A DNA stretch of 63,975 nucleotides, filler included, from Octopus bimaculoides (lineage: Eukaryota), in the NCBI RefSeq assembly GCF_001194135.2. It is 6 parts of 6 records of this genome, joined end to end, with 100 filler letters (N's around TTAATTAATTAA, not from the genome) between each part and the next. Parts side by side here need not be neighbours in the genome. Positions count along the whole stretch, not along the records: positions 31,930 to 52,093 come from NC_068985.1; 5 more parts are not named here. One strand, given 5' to 3'. The notes beneath the pieces were generated by a model. The model worked only from the letters and a program-made list of their open reading frames with translations, was not told where the DNA came from and searched no databases. Numbering within the stretch: position 1 is the stretch's first letter; each line of letters begins with the position of its first letter. Both the position numbers and the translations under genes were made by a program. This document shows, one piece after another, positions 36,041 to 48,500 of the stretch.

Positions 36041-36872
36041 GGTACTTAATTTAGAGGGCTACTTACATAAAGGCCCTTATAAATACTAATTTAATTCTAT
36101 GTATTTATGCATTGTTCAATTAAATGGAGTCGCTTGAAACGATCGCACTGCGTTACCTCTGGATATCCTATTGCTTATTTCGATTTTAATCAGCTAATTT
36201 TGAAACTGTATGGATAATACCGTACTAAATTATAGTGCCTCAACTTAAGTACCTAAATCATCTGATTCTAAATTTTTGGAAAAGTTCAAATTAGAACTTA
36301 ATTTCCACATACGACCGTATGTGAAAATTAAATTCTCCTTTGAACTTTGAACATATTNNNNNNNNNNNNNNNNNNNNNNNNNNNNNNNNNNNNNNNNNNN
36401 NNNNNNNNNNNNNNNNNNNNNNNNNNNNNNNNNNNNNNNNNNNNNNNNNNNNNNNNNNNNNNNNNNNNNNNNNNNNNNNNNNNNNNNNNNNNNNNNNNNN
36501 NNNNNNNNNNNNNNNNNNNNNNNNNNNNNNNNNNNNNNNNNNNNNNNNNNNNNNNNNNNNNNNNNNNNNNNNNNNNNNNNNNNNNNNNNNNNNNNNNNNN
36601 NNNNNNNNNNNNNNNNNNNNNNNNNNNNNNNNNNNNNNNNNNNNNNNNNNNNNNNNNNNNNNNNNNNNNNNNNNNNNNNNNNNNNNNNNNNNNNNNNNNN
36701 NNNNNNNNNNNNNNNNNNNNNNNNNNNNNNNNNNNNNNNNNNNNNNNNNNNNNNNNNNNNNNNNNNNNNNNNNNNNNNNNNNNNNNNNNNNNNNNNNNNN
36801 NNNNNNNNNNNNNNNNNNNNNNNNNNNNNNNNNNNNNNNNNNNNNNNNNNNNNNNNNNNNNNNNNNNNNNNN

Positions 36873-36974
<102 letters not shown>

Positions 36975-37193
36975 CATCCAAGTTTGTATGTTTTGTCTTG
37001 AATTAAAATACCCACTGGAAGTGGTAATATGATTCACACCAAAGATGGATTACAATTTGAACTTAATGACCGTTCATCCATTTGTACAACTGTAAATTAA
37101 GAATATATGGCTCTTTCTAACGGGTCCAAGGCTGACTAAATTCACCTAATATATATTATTTTTCATTGACTACTGAGTCTACAGTTTGCTAAA

Positions 37194-38160
37194 CGAGGGT
37201 CCGCTAGAAAGTTCATATGCTAAACAAGATACGTTTATGGAATGTCCCCACATGAGTTGTATTTTTCAACTTAGTCCTACCTGCGGTTCACACACTTCTT
37301 CCATCGGTGTTACAGTGCAGGATCCCTTTAGTGAAGAAGCTTTCATCCTGTTGCTCAAAAAAAGTCATCAACAGCAACTATTACGTCATCATAAATGCAA
37401 TTTCACCAGTTGGGAAGCAAATGATATTCAGATGGGGCCGAATCCGGTGAGTAGGGAGGCTGATCCGCCTGTTCAAACACACAGCAATAACTGAAACCAA
37501 GTATTTGTGTGCTGAATTATTGTGTTGATCAAACAAGACATTTTTCATAAATTTTTTTTTATATACTTTCGTAACTTCCTCAGCAATTAGGCATACTAAT
37601 TTTCATTCGTGGTCTGGCCTTCTTTTGAAGATAGTCAATAAACCCAATGGTTTTTGCATCCCACAATACTCAGGTGATCACCTTCCAAGCAGATGAAATG
37701 ACACTGGCCTTCTTTGGTGCCGGTAAGGAGGAGTGTGATCAGGCTAGTGTGCTTTTGATCAGTTGTCAGAACACGTGGCACATATTGAGCAGAAACTTTT
37801 GTCATGCAAAGTTTATTGTGCATAATATTCTCAACTCTCTTACGAGACATATTAACAACATTGGTTATTTGATGTATAGGGAATCACCTTTCATCCATCA
37901 TTATGTCGTGAACACGATCAATAATTTCTTTAGTGGTGGCAGATGAAGGACGTCCAGATTTAGGGTCATCTTCAAGACTCTACATCCCTTCCTAAATTCA
38001 GCTCCCCACATTTGCACTATCGATAAAGCTGGAGTGTCATCCTCTAAAAGTACTTGATAACAATAAGGTGTCACATCTTGTCCATTTTCAAGAGAAGTCA
38101 TTAATTGCTTCTTTTGTAATCTTTACTGAACAGTCAGAAGTCAGTTTACTTGCAGAGAAC
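37194..38160 (-). mobile_element. mariner transposase pseudogene (irritans-like)
   Basis: EDDTPALSIVQMWGAEFRKG, HNKLCMTKVSAQYVPRVLT, GFIDYLQK and DDVIVAVDDFFEQQDESFFTKG; TIR CGAGGGTCCGCTAGAAAGT at 37194. Confidence 0.8.
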
Positions 38161-38211
38161 CAATGCAGTTATTAATAGGTAAAGTTGGAATTAATGTTTT
38201 CATATTTTAAC

Positions 38212-38407
38212 CCAATATCAGTAAGTTTGAGGGAAGGAGATTGTCGATTATATCGATCCCAGAACTCAACTGGTTCTTATTCTATCGATTCCGAAATGAT
38301 AAAAGACACAGTCGACTTTGTTGGAATTTAAACATAGGACGTTAAGACGGACGAAATGCCGATAGGAATTTTGCCCAGCATGCTAACGATTCTGCCAGCT
38401 CACCCCT
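38212..38407 (-). mobile_element. SINE family B copy
   Basis: GACGGACGAAATGCCG...CATGCTAACGATTCTGCCAGCTC. Confidence 0.8.
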
Positions 38408-38409
38408 TT

Positions 38410-38625
38410 AGGGCTGGTTTCCCAGTTTCAGTGGCGCATATATACCCTCTTGGAGAGGACACCGATCTGTCACAGGATTACACATTTTTACCAGTTGAAT
38501 GAACTGGAGCAACGTGAAATGAAGTGTTTTGCTCAAAGGCTCAATGCGACGCTAGATTCAGGAATTTAAATTACAATCTTTTAATCATGAGTCCAACACC
38601 ATAACCATTAAACAAAACACCTCTA
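38410..38625 (-). mobile_element. SINE family D copy
   Basis: GAACTGGAGCAACGTGAAATGAAGTGTTTTGCTCAA is antisense to the core of the 45564 copy. Confidence 0.75.
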
Positions 38626-38765
38626 CTAGAAGGATTGAAATTAACGCATGCAAGATTTTATGGCGTTATCATTACTCCTTAATAGTCATCCTATGAACTT
38701 TTCAACCCACCTTTGTATGAGGAATTTATAACAAAACATTCAATATAGAAAAAATGATGAATATA

Positions 38766-39485
38766 CGAGGTTATTCAAAAAGAATAAACCCATTTCATTA
38801 CGCAGTATTTTAATAAGGAAAAGCAAGAGAAAATTCCAGCTAAGTCACAAGTATTTGCTTACAATCAACTTTTATTTCTTGTCTTACATGTGTTCAATGT
38901 GGCCACCACCTGCAACACGGGCAACATCAATGCGATAAGAGAATTCCTCCCAGACGCGTATCAGCATAACACGATCCACTGAGTTGATCGCTGTTGTTAT
39001 TCGATGTTTAAGGTCATCGACGTAAGTTGGTAGCGGTGGAGTTTTCTCATGTTTGAATAGGTTCCACAGCGGTGCTGTAGTCGCGTCGTTGTTCCGGCAA
39101 CTTTCAGTTGTTTGTTTACACTCAAAGTGAGGGGACCTCAGCAAAAGGTGTTCTGCGTTCTCGTGTGTGATTTTTTCTTGTGGGGATATGTAAAAGATCG
39201 CGTTTATGTTCCAACGCTACCCACTGACCTCGATGACCTTAAACATCGAATAACAATAGCGATCAACTCAGTGGATCGTGATATGCTGATTACGCGTCTG
39301 AGAGGAATTCTTTTATCGCATTGATGTTGCCCGTGCTGCAGGTAGTGGTCACATTGAACACTTTTAAGACAGGAAATAAAAGTTGGTTGTGAGTCAATAC
39401 TTATGACTTAGCTGGAGTTTTCTATTGCTTTTTCTCATAAAAATTTTGCGTAATGAAATCACCTCATTCTTTTTGAATAGCCCTG
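38766..39485. mobile_element. Foldback Tc1/mariner derivative (rosa/Visitor, DUF4817-like) with ~274-bp inverted arms
   Basis: arms 38766-39039 and 39211-39485 are reverse complements, each encoding DDLKHRIT.AINSVDR.ML..; spacer holds PQQKVFCVL fused to CDFFLWGYVKDRVY. Confidence 0.85.
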
Positions 39486-41559
39486 TTTATTTCCATGTAA
39501 AGTACAATATGTTTAGTGATTTTCATTTACCATTGTATGTGCATAAAACTTTATGTACACGTAGATTATGTAAAACTGTCTAATATCGAAGATAGCTGTA
39601 TGGCAGTGCTCCGTTACAGCGAATGTCGTTAACTAACAATACCCTTCAATATATTGTTGCCATATATGGCTACGTTATTCGCATTTTAGTTTCAGATACA
39701 TCATATGTAACATGTGCCAATAAACCGATAGTTTGTGCATGTTAATTTTCTGTCAAAGGAATCTATGTAGTAAAACTGCTTTCAATAAAGTGTCTGTCAT
39801 TCGCCACTTTCTTCAAAAGTACACATCAATACAATTTGCAGTGTATAACACTTTTGATGTGGTACTATTTCAGATAGGTTCACATACAAATTGAATAAGC
39901 AAAGAAACAGAAATGCATGCCATTCTATGTAGCAAGGAGGAGAATATTAATCAATATGTTATTAACCTTTGGCTTCACGGTCACATCATTGGACTGTTTA
40001 CCTCTCAGTGTGGGATACGTCAAATATAGTAACCGTAATATTTATCTGGAACTGAGCCTATCTTGCCGTCAAATATTTCCTATTAGAGAATATAATAAAG
40101 ACCTTCAATCAATACTCATACGTATGTGTATTCTGTAAGTATGCAGCTGCATATATTTCAAACATAAATGAAGCATCAGAATGGAATATTGAAACGAACA
40201 ATAAAAAAATGTTGCATAAAATCAAGTGCAAAGTTGAACGGGGATGGGTATCACAGTAAATTCCTATTTATATGCACATGATAGTAACAACTCCATAACA
40301 AATGCATGGCAATGAAAAATCGTATTTCGCAACATCTTTCAAATCTTAAGACAAATTCTATTGATTAGGCCACTAAATTACAAGTGCTAACCTTTTCTGA
40401 TAATCTTTCGTGGGTATAACATATATCTGGATACCTGCCATTCAAAAGCAGTGACAGCTGTATAACATCATTTCTTTTACATTTGATATAATATGTATTT
40501 ATCATTCATTTTTGTGAAGAATCTGATTATAGTTTTTATTTTTTAATTTCCTTCGCCTATCTCATTTGTCATTCTGTGTTGTAATTACCATTTGGTATGT
40601 CTGACGTGTTAAAAAAAGGTCTTTGAATGGGTTCAGCTGGCATTACACAGAAACGAAACTCATTGCTCGAATGCCAAAATTGATATATTTTGATATGCTC
40701 TAATAACAATGTAAACAAAACGGTCATGATCACCATAGTTTCTACTTTCATTTAAAAGAAAGGTTATATAAACATACTGATTTCATATAAGCTACTGCAT
40801 GTTGATAATATTATATAAAGTTTGGAACCAAAACTGAAATTACAACTGTTACTCGCATCGGTGTATATTATAGCTGCATGTACGATACTTTCACATATTG
40901 ATTTAGATATATAGTTTTGAGCGGACCTAGAGACTGCTCGGCCTCCAAAGACAGTCCTATCTTAAAATCAATATGTGGTCACTTGCGATTTAGAAAACTG
41001 CATTTGCTCTCGGTTGATACTCATCTCAAATGTGTAGAGGGAAGCAGCAAAAAATAAAGAGCATTTTTGAATAACACAAACTATCACTGCCTGTTCAAAG
41101 CTATTTACGTTCAGTTATTGGTACAAATGTCTTAATTCACTTTTAATTAATTTACTGATAAAAGTTAACTAAAGATTTTCTCAGTCTGTTATTTTTTTTT
41201 ATATGAAATTCGTATAAGTATTTTAGACTTTATATGATTTGTAATTCTTATGGAGCGGATAGTTTTGGCTGGGCACAATACAAATTAGTGACTAGATTGC
41301 TTTTGAGAAATAAATATTTCTTCTAGTTTTACAATTAGATCTAGAATTTATTGCGATATCTTCGCTATATTCAAAACTGAGGAAGTGTTTGCCTTTAGAG
41401 ATTGTTACAGTTTATTATAGTTTTGGCAAATGACTCTCTACAATGTTTGCAGAGCTTCTCAGATGGTAGCCGTAAGAAGGGTGTATAGAAACGTATCTCG
41501 GATTTATAGGGACGACAATCAAACAAGAAGAAATATACAGCTAGTGTACAATATGCACG

Positions 41560-42000
41560 AACAAAGGCTGAAAGTAGGTTCCTGGGTTACATGAAAACCA
41601 AGAGCACACTTAGAATTATCTTCTTTTGTACATCACAGATGATTATTCAGTAAAGATTGAGACATCATAAAAGACCAAATCGGTGGATTTCGTGGGCCTC
41701 TTCAAACTAATATCTTAAATCTTCGTAACAAAATGTGTGAGATGCAAACGGATGATCAGGCGTAGGAGAGACAAGTCAGGTTATTTGTAAAAGAGATGCA
41801 TCACATTTACTATGCATGTATTTTATAAAGCCGTTTTAAGGATGTCCAGCCGAATAATAGAACGAAGAACCATCGACACCGCGAAAAAGATAGCACTTAG
41901 ACAAACGTTATCGATAACAGGTTTAAGATAAGGAGAAAATTGCCATTGCTATTATTGGATGCAGAAAGCCTCTAGTTACAGTTAGAAGCATAATCGGAAG
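41560..42000 (+). mobile_element. Very decayed RTE-like RT remnant
   Basis: IKDQIGGFRGPLQTNILNLRNKMCE resembles the QxGFR...D.I..LR motif. Confidence 0.3.
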
Positions 42001-42099
42001 CAAAGGAAATCTGAGCCACCTCCAGTCTGGAGCGATTAGGGTTCAAAACCCATTTGTATCGTTCCCATTCATCCAATGTTTTCAAAACATCTTAAATCC

Positions 42100-42750
42100 A
42101 GCTTATCTCTCTGCAATTTACACATTTAAACGCTCTATCTCATCCATCTACACCATCTTCTACATATATTAATCATCTGCCACCTTTTCTATTGAATTAT
42201 GATCACTCAAGGTCTGCCTGAAGGTGAAAGGTTCTGCTGATTGTCAACATTTTCCTATTCTATCGCTTTTTCCCTTCCAAGTTCTTCCTGAGTTTGATTA
42301 CTCAGCTGCTGCATCTAAGTATGGATACAGCTTTTGAGTTTGTTGTAGTGGCATTATTCATGCCATTGTGTTTGAATAGTAATTTCCTCTCCGCCCTTCG
42401 TACATATTTTCTTAATTTTGTCTTTCATTGTTCCCTACTACATGCTATCAGCTTCTAAGATTTCTAGATGTTTATATTCATTACCTGTGTCAACTCCCAT
42501 ACACCCTCCTCATCTTCTCATCCTATTTATTCTGTGACTTTCAAAGTATCACACTTGTATTATGATATGGGTCCTATACATATGAAATACCAAATTCCAT
42601 GTTGAAATTGTTGCTAAACATTCTCACCGTAACGAGAAGAGTATACTATTCTCTTTTCTACCATTTAACTTTATGTCAGCCACAAATAATTATTTCATGT
42701 TTTCTTTTTCCGTCAGTTGTATCCAGCGTTTAATTTTCTAAGTTCTATGA
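42100..42750 (-). mobile_element. Old R4-clade RT remnant
   Basis: LLVTVRMFSNNFNMEFG and downstream DRK.RK/GGRG-like residues with many stops. Confidence 0.45.
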
Positions 42751-42904
42751 AGATTAGAATAAGAGAAATAAGGACTGTCGGTAGTGAGCTTTAACCTTGG
42801 AAAATAAATCTATTTTAATTTCTACCTAGTAATTCTGTTAGTTATGTTTTCCAAATCGTCATGCTTACATCTATCATTTCCACATATTCAGTAGATAATT
42901 GTTA

Positions 42905-43060
42905 TGTTTCGTTTCATTATATGTTTTTGGTAATTTCTGGTGGGGAGGCTTTGGTCTTGTGCTGCGATTAAAAATCCTTCCGTCTCTGCTTTGAGTCCTG
43001 AGCTTCTCAGCAATTGTTGGGATTTTGCTTTGTCTATTATATGAAAACACACAGCTTATT
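42905..43060 (-). mobile_element. R4-clade fragment
   Basis: IDKAKSQQLLRSSGLKAETEGFLIAAQDQSLPTRNYQKHIMK. Confidence 0.8.
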
Positions 43061-43082
43061 TTGTTGGATATGATGGAAAGTG

Positions 43083-44186
43083 TCAGCTGTCCACATCCAG
43101 CAGACTAACATGACACTCTTTTACTGGCCATGCTTCAAGAACCCTGCAAAGAATTCTTGCAGTTCCAAGCAATGCTGATTTTTGCAGGTGTTCTACCTTC
43201 ACAGTTGCACTGATCTTCTTCAACCATGTTGGTATTTGAGTGTTGATACTTACAAGTGCACCAATTACTATTGGCATCACGTCTACTCTCTTCATTGACA
43301 CAACCATCGTATTTCACAAGTCAAAAACCATCATAGTTGTTTATTTTTTCTTCTTTCACATTGATCCTGTTGTCACCAGGACATGCTATGTCGATTATCA
43401 TACATGTTCTTTCTTTTTTATTCACCACAACAATGTCCGGTTTCCTATGTCTGGACAGGTGATCGCACTGGATCATTACATCCAACAGGATTTTGCAGTT
43501 CTCATTTTCGGTGACTCCTGTAGTTTACACATACCACGTCTTTGCTAATTGTAGGTCGTGATTTCCACAGGGCTCCGTATGGATCACTCTTGCGACATTG
43601 TCATGGCGTCGTTTGTATTCGCATTGAACCAATTTCGAGTATTAGCTAACAATGTGCCACACATTCTACATTTGTCGTTATCGGTAGTGTGGTCAATTCT
43701 GCAATTCATATAATTTCTCCTTAACACTTGTTCCTGAGTTGCGCATATAAGTGCTTCTATCTTTATCTTTTGGTCACTTCTACTCATCCATAGTCACCGG
43801 TCCTCTGTATCTGTTTTGGCGTTCGTCTTTCTTGTAAACTGACCGTACATTTTCTTTTCCTTCCATGCTTTTTCAGCTTTTTTTTGTTCATTTCTTGTTT
43901 AAATTGTTCTTTCGTTAAACCATCTTCAGTTTTGATGACGCCGGTCTACGTGTTTTTCAACAGTGGCTCGACGGCATTTCATATATACATCCCCAGGATG
44001 TTTTCTCGTGCTTCGATACAGTCTTGCAACTTCTCCCAAACTTACTTCTGGAAAAGTACAACCTATCGGTGTCAATCTTAGGGTGGAATGCTCCGTGTAC
44101 TGTCAACATTTTTTCTGGTCTTGGTATCCATTTTCTTCATTTCTCTTTTGCCATTTTATAATTCTCTCTTCTGCTTCCTGTAGAAT
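43083..44186 (-). mobile_element. R4/Dong-clade element, 3' ~1.1 kb (RT end, CCHC, endonuclease)
   Basis: KMLTVHGAFHPKIDTDRLYFSR, WKEKKMYGQF, EALICATQEQVLRRNY...DKCRMCG and VMPIVIGALVS...LQKSALLGTARILCRVLE. Confidence 0.9.
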
Positions 44187-45359
44187 GAGCAGGTACTCCT
44201 GGTCAGACGGTCCATTTGTTGTCAGCACCCGTTGTGTGGAGGACTGGACACACCGTGGCTGATGATGCACAAACATGCACTGAAGGTGCGACACCTCCAG
44301 CCTTACCTTAACGGTGAGTAGGTGTGGTCGCCGTTTGTTGGATGCGCTTTCCGCAGCTTGTCTTCTTGACGGGGTGACAGTCCTGGATCATACGTAGACC
44401 GAAACTGGGCGCTTGGCACCTAGAGTGTCTCCAAGCGTTCAAAGCCCACGGCCAGTAGGACAATGCGGTCGGTGGAAGTTCTATAGGGGATTAATGGAGG
44501 GCAATAGTGACGACGCACTCGGAGAGTTTTGGGGTGTCGGGAGGGATCAACTGGCTGATCTCTTCCGGAGGACTTTCCGGCCGGGTCCTATGCATAACTT
44601 CCAGAAATCCCTAGCCTGACAGTGCTACTGGGGGCCTTTTCCGGTTCGCAATAAGCTCTACAGCTACGGTTGTGCAGTCAGACGAGCTTGTCCGAGAAGC
44701 ACTCGGAACGATGAAACCGTTCTGCATGCTCTCGTACAGCGTTCATGAATTGCTGTCTTGTGGAGCTTTGTTGAACAGTTATTGTCATGTGTAGGACGGA
44801 CCCGGCTATCGTCTGAGTCCATCGTGAAAATCGCCCCGCCTCCTTCCTTTCACCGGGAAGAACAGGGAGTTTTTCTCTGTCTGGTGGCTATTGCTTTTGG
44901 GGTGGTGCGGTGGACGAAATTGAAAGTGTTCAAGAGGAGTACCTTCATGATCGGCAAATGCCTTATTGACTTCTTCAGATTCCACATGGAAAAGAAAGTG
45001 AGGCTGGAGAGCGAGGTGCTGTCACCCAGCAACATTGTTGGAAGGTGGGTGAATGTTGCAAGTATGTCCCGTGTGAATGGGCATAATCCAAGTGCGCGCC
45101 TGTAGGCCGAATGAATGAAAAGGGGTGGGGTGCCTACCTGAGAAGCTTTGCTGTTAGAGGGTCTGAATTGTGTGAGATTCCTTTGGCCACCTCTCAGTGG
45201 AGCTCTCCCTACTGGAGAAGTCCATTATTGATTTAATATCCTTGATAATTGTGCTTTTCTTTGCATTTTACATGTTTAATCCCACAGTCACTCGTCTGTG
45301 TATCGACCTTTATGTTTTGTGTTCAGCCCTGGTGGTCAATAAAGAAAGTATAATAGCAA

Positions 45360-45360
<1 letters not shown>
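44187..45360 (+). mobile_element. 5'-truncated L1/Tx1-clade LINE (ORF2 C-terminus plus 3' UTR)
   Basis: RRSICCQHPLCGGLDTPWL, FQKSLA*QCYWGPFPVRNKLY...CPRSTRNDETVLHALVQ (zf-RVT-like), LWSFVEQLL...RWVNVA; AATAAA at 45338 then (ATT)n. Confidence 0.8.
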
Positions 45361-45420
<60 letters not shown>

Positions 45421-45422
45421 TA
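45361..45422. repeat. (ATT)n microsatellite
   Basis: direct reading. Confidence 0.97.
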
Positions 45423-45563
45423 CTTTTTAATCTGCATGTTTGTTACAATCACTTGCCGAGACACACTCAGTGCCCTGGGACGAGTGAAGGATAAGAGATG
45501 TTACAGTATGACTGAAATCTTGGGGAGGGGAAGTAGCAAAATATCTTCATGTAATGCAACACA

Positions 45564-45820
45564 GGTGGAGGAGCGTGGCCTAATGGTTAGAGTGTCAGCA
45601 CCATGATCGTAAGATTGTGGTTTCGATTCCTGGACCGGGAAACGCGTTGTGTTCTTGAGCAAAACACTTCATTTCACCTTGCTCCAGTTCACTCAGCTGG
45701 CAAAAATGAGTAACGCTGCGATGGACTGGCGTCCCGTCCAGCTGGGGAACCCATACGCCATTGAAACCGGGAAATCGGGCCCATGAGCCTGGCTAGGCTT
45801 TAAAGGGGCGCATTTATTAT
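45564..45820 (+). mobile_element. SINE family D, full length (tRNA head plus V/Meta-like core)
   Basis: GGAGCGTGGCCTAATGGTTAGAG, GGTTTCGATTCC, TGTGTTCTTGAGCAAAACACTT and CTGCGATGGACTGGCGTCCCGTCCAG. Confidence 0.85.
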
Positions 45821-46030
45821 TTTTTTAATACAACACAGACATTTAAATGAATAGGGCTTTTTCTAACGATGTGGGCAGTAATTATCTGCACAATCTTTTG
45901 GATTTCTCCGAGATATGGTTCTCCGGGGATCTTACCTAAATGTTTCTGACATCCTTTTTTTTTTATCATACCTACACTAAGAGGAACAAGTCTCGTTTTA
46001 AGATGCCACAACATTTTTGTATTTCAATTT
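45821..46030 (-). mobile_element. R4-clade endonuclease C-terminal fragment
   Basis: LWHLKTRLVPLSVGMIKKKGCQKHLGKIPGEPYLGEIQKIVQIITAHIVRK. Confidence 0.75.
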
Positions 46031-46529
46031 CCAGGGCTTTATATTTACTTAGTTTGTCAAATTCCTTGACAGATATATTTTTATCCATACTTAATTCAAA
46101 AGAGGGAGAGTTTCCAATTTGTGCAATATTCTAATAATTTACGCCCAACGCCGTATTCGTCACACTTGTCTAATAGTTCTTCTTGCTTATACGGTAATGC
46201 ATAATATTACAAATTTGTATAGATGTACATGAAGCACTAAGGAACATTTCGATAAATGCTTTTTTAAAAAAATGCATGGGAACATTTCTTTTGTTTCTGT
46301 ATTCACTTACTTCTTAATTCATTCGTACTACTACACTCAGGTTTTAATTCAAAAATATGAAGCGGCATAATTAAATGCTAACAATCTTCTTCACATCCAT
46401 GCACGCACGTTCTTGCTTAATATCATACATACATACATACATACATACATACATACATACATACATGCATACATAAATGCACACACACACACAAACACAC
46501 AGAGACATATTTGGTTACTGAGAGTGATC

Positions 46530-47730
46530 AAAGATAGAAAATATGAGTATCTTTATGAAGCACAACAATTGTTTCGAATAATCTAACATCGATCACTCAC
46601 GAGGTGAATTAATAAGGAAGGCAAACAAACATATTCATCAAAATACCAAGAAAGAAGATCTATACCGCAATGAAAAAAACACCTGATACTGCCAAATTGT
46701 GAAGGTAGAAATGACAATAACAATGTCGGAAAATGAAGTCAGAACTGCCATATATACAAATAAATATAATAAATGCTCATGCAGAGGAAAATCAAAATGC
46801 CTATTGATGAACCTCTTTATGAGAACAAATCTTGTATATAAATGTACCGTGCACGAAAGGGGAGGGTCGTATGTTTACATTGGGCAAACGGTAGATGCAT
46901 TTAAGAATCGTTATTGCTACTATGTCACCACATTCAAGAAAATTAACAGGAAACATTCAACACTTTGGCCGATTTTGTGTGGCGAATTAAGGAATATAAA
47001 ATTAAGTATAACATAACTTGGTCCATAGTAAGGCACGCAAATCCATATAATATTATTTCCAGAATATACCGACTCTGTTCTGAGGAATCCCTGTATATTC
47101 TGTGGGCCAATGAGAAGAACATTAATAGAATTTCTGAAAGACTCTGACAATGCTTACATGCATATAAATGCACTTTCGCACAATCCAATGGGAATGAATC
47201 TGAGCAACCATTAGCCAAATTAATAATCACAATTTACCTTAGGCTATAGATGAATTAAATTCAGCTCTAACTACTCCGCCCATTCTTATAAACAACAAGT
47301 AGCTATTTAATTCAATATGAGAAAGTATGTGCGCTAAACCACACGTCTATGTATGTTTGTATGGGAGGGTGTACATGTGCCATACAACTTACGGAGGGCG
47401 TTCATACATACATATACGTTAACAGTTATATTTAATGTATTTTTCGCTGTATTGTGTATTCATTTCTTGTTTGCATCTGTTATTTTTATGATTCATTTTC
47501 TATGTAAATGAAGCTATATCCTTTAATTTGCTGCTTTTCTTAACACGAACTGAGAGGATACCATGCGGATCGTCATTATTTTAACGTGTAATATCTAATT
47601 ATCATCCGAAGAGACACATCTACACCTACGATTGCTCTTAAACCAGTTAAATATCCCACTAGTGAAGTATCGATGCTAAATGGGTCGAAACTATTATAGT
47701 GATTAATAAAAATTCTCGTATCTTTCATTT
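46530..47730 (+). mobile_element. Penelope-like element (GIY-YIG) bounded by oppositely oriented hammerhead-bearing terminal repeats
   Basis: KCSCRGKSKC...NLVYKCTV...YVYIGQTVDAFKNRY and VWRIKEYKIKYNITWSIVRHANPYNIISRIYRLCSEE; hammerhead-like motifs at 46561-46606 (minus) and 47657-47701 (plus), AATAAA at 47705. Confidence 0.8.
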
Positions 47731-47859
47731 TCCGTCTCTCTCATTAACCAGATATACAATGAACACTGTGAAAGCGGACGCGCCTTACCGGTAAGCTCCC
47801 TGGTATATACCTCCCACACACACACGCTCACGCACGCATGCACATACACACACACATAC

Positions 47860-48500
47860 ATAATATATAGCAAAGTTAGATTCGTGTAAAAATTTGTAGT
47901 ATGCTGCGCAAAGCTCGTCCACACCTATTGGACACTTATTGGATACTATTCGTGAATGATACAATATTTAACTCACACATGTACACTATCACAATGCAGT
48001 ATTATACAGAAGAAATCAAATACATTCTTGATAATAATCCAATTGATCAAAGCCACAATAGTGATAACAACATGTCTGATCAAAGGGAGTAATATAACTA
48101 AACCCTACCTTACTAGACAAAACTGAAAATGTAATTATAAACAAAGGGTCATCTTGAACTGAGAAAGATGGAGAACGGCTCAATAAAGAAAATTATAAAT
48201 GAGAACAGGACTAATCTAAATATTAAGTGTAACTATAACCTCTTAGGTAATGACCCTTCCACTATTTATACTAGTAGCCATAGACCGAACAAAAAGTATA
48301 AAACATTTAATGTATTATGGGGTAATCCAATCTTCGGGTCACAAATATCATCCAACATTGTTAGGGAATTCATTGCTGCATAATATAATTTCCTAAGTCT
48401 AGCAAATACCACACACACAGTGAAATTATCGTATTCTACTTCTAATAATTTAGTTTCTATATTCATAAATGTTATTAAAGGAAGATAAACAATGAGTTAA
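47860..48500 (+). mobile_element. Penelope-like linker fragment
   Basis: KKYKTFNVLWGNPIFGSQISSNIVREF and HTVKLSYSTSNNLVSI. Confidence 0.6.
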
